In this document: one piece after another, positions 37,089-47,109 of the stretch
Position numbering within the stretch: the stretch's first letter is position 1
How the letters are laid out: each line of letters starts with the position of its first letter
Origin: a virus
Taxonomy: Duplodnaviria > Caudoviricetes
IMG/VR virus record: IMGVR_UViG_3300028048_000039
Coordinates: 224,001 to 288,000 of that record
Strand: one strand, 5' to 3'
Length of the DNA: 64,000 bases
Position numbers and translations under genes: made by a program
Notes under the pieces: generated by a model
The model's database searches: none
What the model was told of the DNA's origin: nothing
What the model saw: the letters and a program-made list of their open reading frames with translations, nothing else

Positions 37089-38966
37089 ATGGTAATTGAT
37101 TACGACTATCTTGCGAGTGAATATGCGAAGTGTTGGAAAGATAAAAGTCGTATCTATATGATACAAAATTATCTAAAGACTTATGATGCAACACAGTTTA
37201 AGGAAGTACAGTTTAAACTCTTCCCTAGACAGCAAGACTTATGCCACACACTCGGTGATGCTAGTAATGTTGTGACCACCAAGCCACGTCAGGCAGGAAT
37301 TACAACAACTGCAGGTGCATTCATTGCTTGTGAAATGGTACTTGCAAGTAAAGATAGCCCACAAACGGTCCTTGCAATTGGTAATACATTGGACCTTGCA
37401 CAACAGATGCTTTTCAAGATAAGGGACTTCTTGCTTCAATTCCCATTATGGATGTGGGGTGATGAATATATTGACGGAGTAAAGAACCCATTGGAAAAAC
37501 CATCAAATAAATATGTAATTTTTAATACATGTAATTCTAAGGAACTTATTTTAAAGAATGGTTGTAAGGTTGTTGCTCGTTCATCAGGTCCTGATGCATC
37601 TCGTGGAGTCGGTGGTGTTACTTGGCTTATCTTTGATGAGGCGGCCTTCATTGAGAATGGTGTAGATGTTTATGCATCAGCACTTCCAACGGTTTCAACT
37701 GGTGGCCACATCATCATGATATCAACGCCTAACGGTAAGGACTTGCTTTATTATGAAACTTGTAGAAGAGCAGCATTGAAGGGTACTTCCGATTGGAACG
37801 GTTTTGAACTTGTTAAATTGAAATGGTACCAAGACCCAAGATATAATAAATTCCTTGAATGGACAAAGAAGAATTCTGAAACTGGTGAAGTTGAAGTAAA
37901 GAAAGAAGATTATCTTGATAAGGCTGGAAACATTAAGTATGACCAAGTACATTGGGATAAGATGATTGAAGAAGGATGGGCACCACGTAGTCCTTGGTAC
38001 ATTAAGATGTGCCAGCAATTTAATAATGACAGCCAAAAGATTGCTCAGGAATTGGATGTGTCATTCCTTGGTTCGGCTTCCAATGTTGTTGAACCAGAAT
38101 ATATTGAGATGCAAATAAAACTTAATCAAAGGGACCCACTTTATGTAGACCCAATGGTTGAAGACACTTGGATTTGGAAGGAACCAATCCCTGGCCATAG
38201 ATATATTTGCAGTTGTGATGCCTCAAGAGGTGATGCTGCTGATAGAACAGCAATCGAAATACTTGACCTTGATGGAATTGATGATGACGGAAAACCTTGT
38301 CTTGAACAAGTGCTTGAATATCACGGAAAGATGACTGGTGATGATGTCGGTGAATTAATTTTCAAATATGCTAACATGTATAATGAAGCATTTGTCGTTG
38401 TGGATTGTATTGGTGGCGTTGGTGATGCTGCGATATTGATGTTACAACGATTAAAGTATAAGAACCTTTATTATGATGATGCAGAATTGAAGAATTATAC
38501 TGCACAGAGGGAAGCGTCTTCATTAAAACCGAGGAGGGAAGATGGTAAGTTGCCGGGTTTCCATTGTAATTCAGTTCGTTTCCAGATGCTTACTCAATTT
38601 GCTTATATGGTAAAGACCAATCAATTTAAGATTAGGTCAAAGAGAGTAATCGCAGAACTTGACACTTGGATTTATAAGGGAACCGCAGCGAGAATAGACC
38701 ACCAGGATGGGTGCCATGATGATACCCTTACCTGTCTTGCAATGGGTATTTTCGTTATGAAGTATTCAATGGAAGTACAAATGAGAGCAGTTGAAAAGGA
38801 TAAGGTAATACTGAAGGCTTGGACCAGGGGAAGTGAAATACAGGACCCTAAAGCTGAAACTCACGAAATATCAATTGCACCAAAGAAGAAGTTTACAATG
38901 CCATTTTATACCGGAACTTCCTCAAATAATGATAAATTTGGTGCTTATAGGTGGTTAATAAAGTAA
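37089..38966 (+). CDS. Terminase large subunit (T4 gp17-like)
   Basis: FKLFPRQ, KPRQAGITT, LIFDEAAF, ISTPNG, nuclease CDASRG...HDDTL; late motif at 37048. Confidence 0.93.
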   Translation: MVIDYDYLASEYAKCWKDKSRIYMIQNYLKTYDATQFKEVQFKLFPRQQDLCHTLGDASNVVTTKPRQAGITTTAGAFIACEMVLASKDSPQTVLAIGNTLDLAQQMLFKIRDFLLQFPLWMWGDEYIDGVKNPLEKPSNKYVIFNTCNSKELILKNGCKVVARSSGPDASRGVGGVTWLIFDEAAFIENGVDVYASALPTVSTGGHIIMISTPNGKDLLYYETCRRAALKGTSDWNGFELVKLKWYQDPRYNKFLEWTKKNSETGEVEVKKEDYLDKAGNIKYDQVHWDKMIEEGWAPRSPWYIKMCQQFNNDSQKIAQELDVSFLGSASNVVEPEYIEMQIKLNQRDPLYVDPMVEDTWIWKEPIPGHRYICSCDASRGDAADRTAIEILDLDGIDDDGKPCLEQVLEYHGKMTGDDVGELIFKYANMYNEAFVVVDCIGGVGDAAILMLQRLKYKNLYYDDAELKNYTAQREASSLKPRREDGKLPGFHCNSVRFQMLTQFAYMVKTNQFKIRSKRVIAELDTWIYKGTAARIDHQDGCHDDTLTCLAMGIFVMKYSMEVQMRAVEKDKVILKAWTRGSEIQDPKAETHEISIAPKKKFTMPFYTGTSSNNDKFGAYRWLIK

Positions 38967-38999
38967 AGAAAAAAACTATTTATCTAAAAATATTTGACA

Positions 39000-40139
39000 A
39001 TGACTAAGATAACAGATGAAATAAAAGAATTGTTTAAGACCGTGAGAAACCTTCTCGGTGCTGGCGTTAGAGCTGTAGAGCTTACAGATGAACAGTTATG
39101 TTCACTCTTGTCAGTAGCCATTGGTGATTATGGTGAAAGGGTAAAAAATGAGGTTATAGCTAACTCCTGGGCTGGTTTTTATGGAAAGAACACAGCAAAT
39201 TCTCTCGAACTTGCACAGGCATTCATGACACGTAGCCTTGACCTTACTAAGGAGTATTCCTACTGGTTTTCAAAGCAGGTAGGACTTCAACAAAACGGTC
39301 CTTGGGAGCTTAAGAAAGACTTTATAACTATTGAGAGGGGAAAGCAGGTGTATGTAATCCCTGCTGGACGTGTCGTTAATAAAGTTATGTATGTTAATCC
39401 TCCAATGACTGACACTGCCATGTTTGCTAATTACATGGGTGGTGGTGTTGGTTTCATGCCTGGTCTTGGTCAGGTTGGTGCTGGTTATGGTTATGGTGCT
39501 GGTATGGGTGGTTTCTACACTACTCAAGCTGCCGACGTTGCTTATATGGCCGCCGACCTTAACTTCAAGAGCAGATTATTCAGAGGTGACCTCACTTACA
39601 AGGTTACTGCTGGACCAGATGGAACTCACTTACTTCACCTTATGTCAACTCCTGGAAGTAAATTAGCATTCGGATTCTCAGGTTTAATGAATGGAAGTAT
39701 TGGACTCGTTGGTTGCCAGGTTTGGTACACCTACTATGATACAACAGATGCTGATGATGCTGATGAATGCATGAGGTATCACGCTGATGATGTAATCTTG
39801 TCGCCAGACCAAGTTCCAATTGAAACTATGGATTATCACTTCCTTAATGAACCAGCAAAGGTAATTGTCCGTCAGTTACTTGTTGCAAAGGCTAAGGAAT
39901 TGCTTGGCCTTATTCGTGGTAAATTTAGTGGTAAAGTAAATATTCCTCAGGCTGAAATGAGTATGGACTATCAAATGCTTATTCAGCAGGGTAAGGAGGA
40001 ATATGATAAAGTTATGGAGAACTTGATGAAACGTCTTGAAAGAATGCGTCCAGTTAATATGATGAAGGAACAGGCAGACCTCGCTGAAAGTCTTAACAAA
40101 CTACAGAGTTATACTCCACTTGGAATATATGTAATTTAA
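39000..40139 (+). CDS. Neck protein (T4 gp13-like)
   Basis: LLGAGVRAVELTDEQL...AKAKELLGLIRGKFSG...LIQQGKEE...PLGIYV; located between terminase and portal. Confidence 0.75.
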   Translation: MTKITDEIKELFKTVRNLLGAGVRAVELTDEQLCSLLSVAIGDYGERVKNEVIANSWAGFYGKNTANSLELAQAFMTRSLDLTKEYSYWFSKQVGLQQNGPWELKKDFITIERGKQVYVIPAGRVVNKVMYVNPPMTDTAMFANYMGGGVGFMPGLGQVGAGYGYGAGMGGFYTTQAADVAYMAADLNFKSRLFRGDLTYKVTAGPDGTHLLHLMSTPGSKLAFGFSGLMNGSIGLVGCQVWYTYYDTTDADDADECMRYHADDVILSPDQVPIETMDYHFLNEPAKVIVRQLLVAKAKELLGLIRGKFSGKVNIPQAEMSMDYQMLIQQGKEEYDKVMENLMKRLERMRPVNMMKEQADLAESLNKLQSYTPLGIYVI

Positions 40140-40142
40140 ATT

Positions 40143-41093
40143 ATGAAACACTTAAAAGTATTTAATACAAAGGAACAGTACAATCAGTATAAGCAAGCAG
40201 GTAACATTGAATACCCGCTTACTTCCTATATTGAAGAAACAAGGGAAACACTCTTTGATTATTGGGTACCTAACAATGTTATCATATATTTAGATGACTT
40301 TGGTGAAAAAGATGGTAACTGTCCGCCAGAAGAAATCCAATGGTTTATAGATAATGGCTATCACACAAATCCATATTATTTTGTAGATGAAATATTTTAT
40401 GATGGTAAATATTTTTGGTTATGGTATCATCCAGATTATGAAGAATATATTTTAAGCTACTGTTTTAATAATTTTGATGATTTATATCAACATAGTATCT
40501 ATTATAACATTGAGCTTAAATATAGTCCTATTGTTTGCCGACTAACAAAAGATTTTAATGAGTTTGATTATGATGATGTAGAAGGGTTTAACAATTTTAA
40601 CTATACCAAGGATGTGTTGCTTGATGTTGTACAAGAGCAATATTCTCCAATATCATTACCAGTAACAAGCCCCTATAATAGTAAAATCCCAGCCCCAACA
40701 ATGCGCATGGTAACAGGGGACGATGAAAATATGTGGCGCTCTTATTTTGAGGAAAGAGACCAACGTGGTGATATCTTTAATTTGGTTGATAATGATTTCA
40801 ATTATAAAGAATTTCATCATTGCTGTTTGTGGCACATGGACAACGACCACATGGGTAATAATTGGAATAACCCAATTTATATTTTAACCACTCAAGTACC
40901 AAAGGGCTATGATAAATATAATAGTGATTGCTCTGTTACTTATTATCCTGTTTTAGCAAAGTTTTCAGAGGATAGAGATATGGAATATATAACTAATATG
41001 CAGCAATACCATAATGACGTACTAATTTACGTAGCAAACAATGGAAGCTATATAGAATTAGACAGTTATAGCTTTGTTGAAAATTTTAGATAA
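40143..41093 (+). CDS. Putative neck/whisker-associated virion protein
   Basis: Coupled to the neck gene; MKHLKVFNTKEQY N-terminus; Tyr-rich, apparently two related domains. Confidence 0.55.
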   Translation: MKHLKVFNTKEQYNQYKQAGNIEYPLTSYIEETRETLFDYWVPNNVIIYLDDFGEKDGNCPPEEIQWFIDNGYHTNPYYFVDEIFYDGKYFWLWYHPDYEEYILSYCFNNFDDLYQHSIYYNIELKYSPIVCRLTKDFNEFDYDDVEGFNNFNYTKDVLLDVVQEQYSPISLPVTSPYNSKIPAPTMRMVTGDDENMWRSYFEERDQRGDIFNLVDNDFNYKEFHHCCLWHMDNDHMGNNWNNPIYILTTQVPKGYDKYNSDCSVTYYPVLAKFSEDRDMEYITNMQQYHNDVLIYVANNGSYIELDSYSFVENFR

Positions 41094-41112
41094 TAAAGCA
41101 AAAGAGTAAATT

Positions 41113-41141
41113 AAGGCCGTAGGATTTCCTGCGGCTTTTTT
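41113..41141 (+). terminator. Intrinsic terminator
   Basis: GGCCGTAGG-ATTT-CCTGCGGCT plus T tract. Confidence 0.8.
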
Positions 41142-41255
41142 CTTATCCAATTTTCATAGAAACTTAAATACAAAACTATTTATAGGAAATAATAGTGCCC
41201 AAAAATCTTTATTTTTTTGAGGTAAAACGTTATATTTTAATTAAAACTTTTAATT

Positions 41256-43373
41256 ATGGCTGAAAGAAATCAAACTATATTTCAAAGACTGAATAACATA
41301 TTCAGGTCATCTGGGAGAAGCGGTTCAATTGCAGATAATATGATTACCACACCAGCAAGTGATGTGGCTGAAAGAAATCGTGTCTTGTATACTACAAATG
41401 ACAAGGCGGATTATGAGAAAAAACTTAAGTCACTCCAGCAGCAGAAGTACCTCGCTTATCAATGGAAGAAGGCTGGTGCTGAAAATGCAATGGAGAGTCT
41501 TGCTGGCTATAACGCAGTTAAACTGATGTATAGGGATGTTGACCTTATGGATGGTTGCCCTGAAATTGGTACAGCACTTGACATTATTTCAGAAGAATGT
41601 TGTCCATTGACCAGCGATGGAAATATGCTAACAGTATCATCTCGTTCTCAGAGAGTTAAATCAATTCTCGAAGACTTGTTTGTTAATAGGCTTCATGTAT
41701 ATACAGAATTACCAATGATTGCAAGACATGTGACAAAGTATGGAAATACATTCATGCTTCTTAATCTTGACAAGGACAATGGTGTAATGGGTTGGATGAT
41801 GATGCCAGTTTATGAAGTTGATAGAGAAGAAAATGGTTATAGTGCATCTTACACAACAACAATGACGACAGGAAATGACCTTAAACCAGATGAAACAAGG
41901 TTTATTTGGAGAGGTCACAACGGTGATAACCCATACATGAATTGGCAAGTAGCACACTTCAGATTGTTAGAAGACTCATTCTTCCTTCCTTATGGTGTGT
42001 CAATGCTTCACAAGGCTAGACGTGCTTGGAGAATGTGGTCAATGATGGAAGACGCAATGCTCATTTGGAGACTTGATAAGGCTATCGAGCGTAGGGTGTT
42101 CAAGATATTTGTCGGTGGAATTGATGACGCTGACGTTCCTGCATATGTAAATCAGATTGCAGATAACTTTAAAAGAACACCAATTGTCGACCCAGGAACA
42201 GGCCAGATTGACCTTAGAAAGAACTTCATAGATGTTACTGGTGACTTCTTTATCCCTGTTAGAAGGGAAGACGCACCAACCCCAATTGAGAACCTTGCTT
42301 CACCTAATAGCCAGGTACAGATGGAAGATATTGAGTATATGCAGAATAAGATGCTTACCGCAATGAGAGTTCCAAAGACCTTCCTTAACTTCCAAGAAGC
42401 ACAGGGAAAGGGCCAGAACTTATCATTTATGGATGTTAGGTTCTCAAGAATGATAAATCGTATTCAGCAGTTCCTCCTTATGGAACTTAATAAGATTGCG
42501 ATGATACACTTGTTCCTCCTTGGTCTTAGAGATGAAATTGGAAACTTTACTCTTTCACTTAATAATCCTTCTTCTAACATTAAATCACAGGAACTTGACG
42601 ACCTTTCAAAGAAGCTTCAGGCATTACAGACTGCAGTTACCGACCCAGGTATTGGTATGCCGGTAATGTCACTTCATAAGGCATTGAAAGACATTATGGG
42701 TTATAGCGACTCAGAAATCAAGGATATGCTTAATGAAATTCGTCTTGAAAAGGCAATGGCAGCAGAACTTCAACAAACTGCGGCAATTATTAAAAAGACG
42801 GGAATATTTGATACCGTTGATAGAATATATGGTGATGTAGATGCACTTAATGCACCGCAGCAAGGACAACAGCAAGGACAAGGTGAAGAAGGTTTAGGTG
42901 GTGGAGGCAGCCTTGGTGGAGGCGGTGGCCTTGGAGGTGGCTTAGGTGGCGACCTTGGCGGAGAAGACCTCGGTGGTGAGGGTGACCTTGGTGGTGAGGG
43001 TGACCTTGGTGGTCTTGGTGAACCTGGTGGAGAAACAGGGCCAGATATTGGTGGAGCACCCGGCGAAACTGATATGGGTGGAGCACCAGCGGCAGATATG
43101 GGTGCGCCGTTAAGTGAAGCAAGAAAGAGAGCTAAGTCTTTTACCCAGCAATATCTTGAAATGCTTGCAGAGAATGAGATTAAGAGAGGCGAAGCACCAG
43201 AGAAGATTGAGGAGCCATTTGACTTCGACGAAAAGAACTCTCTCATGGAACATAGCATAAACAAGTTGTTTGACAAGATAGACACTCTTGTTGATGAAGA
43301 CGAAATGGAAAGAGAGAGAATATTAAACGAAGCAAAAGAGATTGAAAAAGTAGGTAAAAAAAGGAAAAAATAA
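41256..43373 (+). CDS. Portal protein (T4 gp20-like) with Gly-rich C-terminal tail
   Basis: PEIGTALDIISEE, VAHFRL, PYGVSML, MEDAMLIWR..ERRVFKIFVG, DFFIPVR, DIEY..LRVP. Confidence 0.93.
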   Translation: MAERNQTIFQRLNNIFRSSGRSGSIADNMITTPASDVAERNRVLYTTNDKADYEKKLKSLQQQKYLAYQWKKAGAENAMESLAGYNAVKLMYRDVDLMDGCPEIGTALDIISEECCPLTSDGNMLTVSSRSQRVKSILEDLFVNRLHVYTELPMIARHVTKYGNTFMLLNLDKDNGVMGWMMMPVYEVDREENGYSASYTTTMTTGNDLKPDETRFIWRGHNGDNPYMNWQVAHFRLLEDSFFLPYGVSMLHKARRAWRMWSMMEDAMLIWRLDKAIERRVFKIFVGGIDDADVPAYVNQIADNFKRTPIVDPGTGQIDLRKNFIDVTGDFFIPVRREDAPTPIENLASPNSQVQMEDIEYMQNKMLTAMRVPKTFLNFQEAQGKGQNLSFMDVRFSRMINRIQQFLLMELNKIAMIHLFLLGLRDEIGNFTLSLNNPSSNIKSQELDDLSKKLQALQTAVTDPGIGMPVMSLHKALKDIMGYSDSEIKDMLNEIRLEKAMAAELQQTAAIIKKTGIFDTVDRIYGDVDALNAPQQGQQQGQGEEGLGGGGSLGGGGGLGGGLGGDLGGEDLGGEGDLGGEGDLGGLGEPGGETGPDIGGAPGETDMGGAPAADMGAPLSEARKRAKSFTQQYLEMLAENEIKRGEAPEKIEEPFDFDEKNSLMEHSINKLFDKIDTLVDEDEMERERILNEAKEIEKVGKKRKK

Positions 43374-43397
43374 CACTATTTATTAGAAAAAAATGTT

Positions 43398-44303
43398 ATG
43401 GCTATAAACGAGATAAATAAATTGAAGACCATTAAGGAAGTAGAAGAGTACAAGAAGTCTATGAACGAGGCTTGTGATAAGAGAATGGAGTTCATTAACG
43501 CATGTGTAAAAGCTGATGAACTTTCAAAGAAATCCTTCGGTTATATCAAGGAAGCCTTTGAGTCAATTTCTCCAATGCTCTTTGAAACAGCACAGGGAAA
43601 GAAAATAATCAACAAGTACACTAAGGCAATACGTGAAAATAAAAATCTTTCCTCTCTTCAAACAATATACGAGAACATTAGAAAATCTAATAAGAATACT
43701 GACATTGATTTCTTTGTAAATTCAATTGCAAATGAGAACTGGGAAGTAAATAAGAAGGACATTGACAAGGATACTTATTCAGTTGGTAGAATTCTTGCTG
43801 AGGCTTACCTTTATCTTGGCAAAGACGCTGACGAGATATTACCTGAGGAAAATCAGGAACTTTACACCGCAGTTAAGTATATTACAGAGAATAAGAAGGG
43901 GAGGAAGAACCTTTCAGAGTATGGAAATGCAGTTAAGGTTATTAGAGAAAACGTTGAGAAAAACGAAGGAACTGCTTCAATGGTAAGTGAGAGCCTTGAT
44001 AAGCTTGCTGAGCGCTTGCTTAGAGAATTTAATGAGAAGTATTCTGGCGAACTTACTGAGGAAGAAGTAAATCTCTTAAAGGAGGTTTCAAAGTCAAATG
44101 ACAAAGAGAAGCTGTTTAATGAATATAAGGAACAGTGCAAGGCAAAGATTTCTGAAGCCAGGGCAAACTTTGAAAAGAGTGGTGATAGTAAATCTTCAGA
44201 GAGGCTTGCTGTTGTATTAGAACAAGTTTCAAATAAGCAATATTCTTCTGATACAATCAGTAATGATATCTGTGCATTGTTAGAAATTAGCAACATATTT
44301 TAG
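43398..44303 (+). CDS. Helical head-module protein of unknown function
   Basis: Late motif at 43376; LFE/IRE/ITE/VSE motifs. Confidence 0.7.
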   Translation: MAINEINKLKTIKEVEEYKKSMNEACDKRMEFINACVKADELSKKSFGYIKEAFESISPMLFETAQGKKIINKYTKAIRENKNLSSLQTIYENIRKSNKNTDIDFFVNSIANENWEVNKKDIDKDTYSVGRILAEAYLYLGKDADEILPEENQELYTAVKYITENKKGRKNLSEYGNAVKVIRENVEKNEGTASMVSESLDKLAERLLREFNEKYSGELTEEEVNLLKEVSKSNDKEKLFNEYKEQCKAKISEARANFEKSGDSKSSERLAVVLEQVSNKQYSSDTISNDICALLEISNIF

Positions 44304-44305
44304 CC

Positions 44306-45037
44306 ATGAAAATTATATTGAACGAACAACAGTTTAATAGATTAGTTACTGAGGAGGTAATGATAAGCGTCCTTAATGAGTCTATTTTTGAAAAGGGCGA
44401 CCTTAAGCTTGCATTAAAGAGTATTAGAAATGCAATCATTGGTGGTGTTGCTGCTGCTACAATCATAGCTGCCATTGGACGTGCGAACATGCCAAGCGAA
44501 CAAAAGGATAGGCTTGTTGATGAAGTTAATAAAATTGAAATGGCAATTAACGGAGAAAAACAAGAGAATACAGCAAACTTAGAAGAAAAGATTAGGGCTT
44601 GTGAGGAATATATGGCTTACGCACTTAAGAACCAGGGCTATACCCTTAAATCCACCAAGTTAAAACCAGAAACACTTGTTAAGGTTGCAACAGAAAATAA
44701 TTTTGACCTCCCGTTCTTGATGGCTGCTGCTCATGATGAAAGCTGCTTTGGTGCTAACAAGAGGGCACAGAGAACAAATAGTGTGTTCTCAGTCGGTTCC
44801 TATGATGATGGAAGAAATGTTGTGACATATTCCGACCCTAATGATAGTGTTGCTGATTATATTAGTCTTCTTGAAAGACGTTATTTACGTAACGGCAAAA
44901 CTATCTTTGACCTTCTGGTTCCTGGTCAATTCGTTGACGTTGATGGCCATCGTTATGCAGGCAACAAAAATTATGAAAACGAATTAAAGAGCATAAGAAA
45001 TAGAATTTTAAAGATGTTCCCGGTGCTGGGTTCTTAA
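44306..45037 (+). CDS. Leader-bearing glucosaminidase (GH73/lysozyme-like) peptidoglycan hydrolase
   Basis: MKIILNEQQFNRL..LNE leader; MAAAHDESCFG, TNSVFSVG, RYAGNKNYE. Confidence 0.65.
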   Translation: MKIILNEQQFNRLVTEEVMISVLNESIFEKGDLKLALKSIRNAIIGGVAAATIIAAIGRANMPSEQKDRLVDEVNKIEMAINGEKQENTANLEEKIRACEEYMAYALKNQGYTLKSTKLKPETLVKVATENNFDLPFLMAAAHDESCFGANKRAQRTNSVFSVGSYDDGRNVVTYSDPNDSVADYISLLERRYLRNGKTIFDLLVPGQFVDVDGHRYAGNKNYENELKSIRNRILKMFPVLGS

Positions 45038-45052
45038 AAAAATGTTAATATT

Positions 45053-46132
45053 ATGAAGAAGAAACGTATTATAAAAGAAAGTCATATCAGAAAGATGGTT
45101 AAGGAGTGTGTTCAGCTTCTTACTGAGGAAAGGTATGATAAAATTAAACCAAGAGTGTTCCAAGTGTTTAAGGATTACTTTACTGGAGAAAAATTTGCAA
45201 GAAAGAATAGAGGTTATGCGTTCCAAGAAAATACACTTTTACACAGGGAATTTGAACACGTAGATAATCCACAGCACTTTACATATATCGAATACATGAT
45301 ACATCAATTCGAGGAAACATTCTTCCATGATGAAAAGTTTAGAGATTGTGCAGTTGCTAGATTAGCCCCTATGATTGCAAGGATGGCTCTAGAAGATGGT
45401 AATTTTCAACAATTGGGATATAACTGTTGGGTAACTGCTAGGTTGAGTAAGATACTTGGTCTTCTCTACCTCATGCAGAAAAATGGTCAAATAAAACTTG
45501 AAAAGGCTTTTCCTGATAACGTTATTGATACAATGACATTTGAAGAACTCAATGCAAAATATGGTCCAGTACTTGATGAACAATTAAGAAAGATGCGTGA
45601 GCAAATTAGGGAGAAGGCAGCTTCTTATACAGGTCAAAGCGACTATGAATTAATTGAAGATGTTGACTTTAATACTGCAAGGGAAATTGGTCAACATTCC
45701 GGTATTAATGGTAATGGTGCCATCTGTTACGCCACCCAGCCAATTACTTGGAGTAATTATACTGCTGATGGAAAATATAAGGTTTACGTCCTTCTTAAGA
45801 AAGGATGGAGGGATATTCCGGCAGAACATGATGATGAAACTAAGTCGCCTTATGATACTTATGGTATGAGTATGATTTTTGTTGGTGTTGCACCAGATAA
45901 AGAATACACTGGTGATGGAGAAATCGCTTTCTGTAATACAAGATGGAATCACGCCGCAAAGTACACACCTGAGAAACCAATGGATTACGCATTAGATGAA
46001 TTAGACCTTAGTAATTTAGTACAGAAACCATTTAATGATGTATTTACACCTTATACAAAGGAAGAACTTCGTGCAAAGGGGCTTCTTGATGATGAAAATG
46101 AGGAGGATGACAAATATGAAGATTTCGATTAA
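45053..46132 (+). CDS. Leader + stand-alone RWNH-domain protein
   Basis: IIKESHIRKMVKECVQLLTE; RLAPMIAR; AICYA; YDTYGMSMIF; RWNH. Confidence 0.75.
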   Translation: MKKKRIIKESHIRKMVKECVQLLTEERYDKIKPRVFQVFKDYFTGEKFARKNRGYAFQENTLLHREFEHVDNPQHFTYIEYMIHQFEETFFHDEKFRDCAVARLAPMIARMALEDGNFQQLGYNCWVTARLSKILGLLYLMQKNGQIKLEKAFPDNVIDTMTFEELNAKYGPVLDEQLRKMREQIREKAASYTGQSDYELIEDVDFNTAREIGQHSGINGNGAICYATQPITWSNYTADGKYKVYVLLKKGWRDIPAEHDDETKSPYDTYGMSMIFVGVAPDKEYTGDGEIAFCNTRWNHAAKYTPEKPMDYALDELDLSNLVQKPFNDVFTPYTKEELRAKGLLDDENEEDDKYEDFD

Positions 46133-47078
46133 GGAAAAGGACGTTAGAAAGATGGTTAATGAATGTCTTAATGTCATTCTTGAAAACCGTGCTCAAACTG
46201 CAAGGAAACGTGTTGAAGCTGTCATTAGGAGCCGCTTTGGTGGGTTTCCATTAGATAGAGTACACCCAAATAGAGAGGAAAACCCACACGGACTTACCTT
46301 ACTTGAACTTGTGGTTGAAACTTTCTTTGGTGAATTCTTCTCGGTAAGTGATATGGAGAATACTCCAGTTATAAGACTTGCCCCAATGATTATGAGAATA
46401 GCATTTGACCTTGGCTATCAAACGCCACAGGGAGATGCAGAGAAGTTGGAGAGACTTAGACAAATTGTGTTCTACCTCTACCTCGAATATAAATATGGTA
46501 GAATTGACCTTGCAAAGACATTCCCTGAAGGTTCATTAGAAACTGTTACATACGATGAACTGAACCGTACATTTGGAAGAAAGGTCGATGAAAAGTTTGC
46601 CGAGGAAGATGATGAGATTGAAAAGACTGATTTTAGTGGAAATAATGATTATGAAATTCTTGAAGATGTAGATTATAATACAGCACATGAGTTAGGCAGA
46701 CATTCTTGCCCAACAAGTATCATTTGCTACACTTCAAATCAATTTGTGTGGAATTATTATACAAACGGCGGAAGAAATAAGGTATATGTTCTCTTGAAAC
46801 CAGGTTGGAGGGACCTTAAGCCAGTTCATGATGACGGAAAGGAGAAGGGTAGTGCTTATGATACCTACGGACTTTCAATGATATTTGTAATCATTGCCCC
46901 ATCGGGAAAGATTGCTTGTGTAAATACTAGATGGAACCACATGGCAACATTTAAAGAAGGTTGTTGCTGTAATCAGGACCTTACGAGGTTAGACTTAAGC
47001 AAATTAGTTCATGATAAATTTAGTAACGTATTTAAACCATATACTCCAGAAGAATTAAGGAGAAAGGGTTTGAGGTAA
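46116..47078 (+). CDS. Leader + stand-alone RWNH-domain protein (tandem paralog)
   Basis: MKISIKEKDVRKMVNECLNVILE; RLAPMIMR; IICYT; YDTYGLSMIF; RWNH. Confidence 0.75.
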   Translation: MKISIKEKDVRKMVNECLNVILENRAQTARKRVEAVIRSRFGGFPLDRVHPNREENPHGLTLLELVVETFFGEFFSVSDMENTPVIRLAPMIMRIAFDLGYQTPQGDAEKLERLRQIVFYLYLEYKYGRIDLAKTFPEGSLETVTYDELNRTFGRKVDEKFAEEDDEIEKTDFSGNNDYEILEDVDYNTAHELGRHSCPTSIICYTSNQFVWNYYTNGGRNKVYVLLKPGWRDLKPVHDDGKEKGSAYDTYGLSMIFVIIAPSGKIACVNTRWNHMATFKEGCCCNQDLTRLDLSKLVHDKFSNVFKPYTPEELRRKGLR

Positions 47079-47084
47079 AAAAAG

Positions 47085-47109
47085 AAGCAGAGGTTTTCCT
47101 CTGCTTTTT
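47085..47109. terminator. Bidirectional intrinsic terminator
   Basis: AAGCAGAGG-TTTT-CCTCTGCTT. Confidence 0.8.

Noticed and set aside
37089-43373. Inteins or introns in terminase or portal
   Set aside because: The reading frames are continuous, sizes are ordinary, and there are no splice-junction or homing endonuclease motifs.
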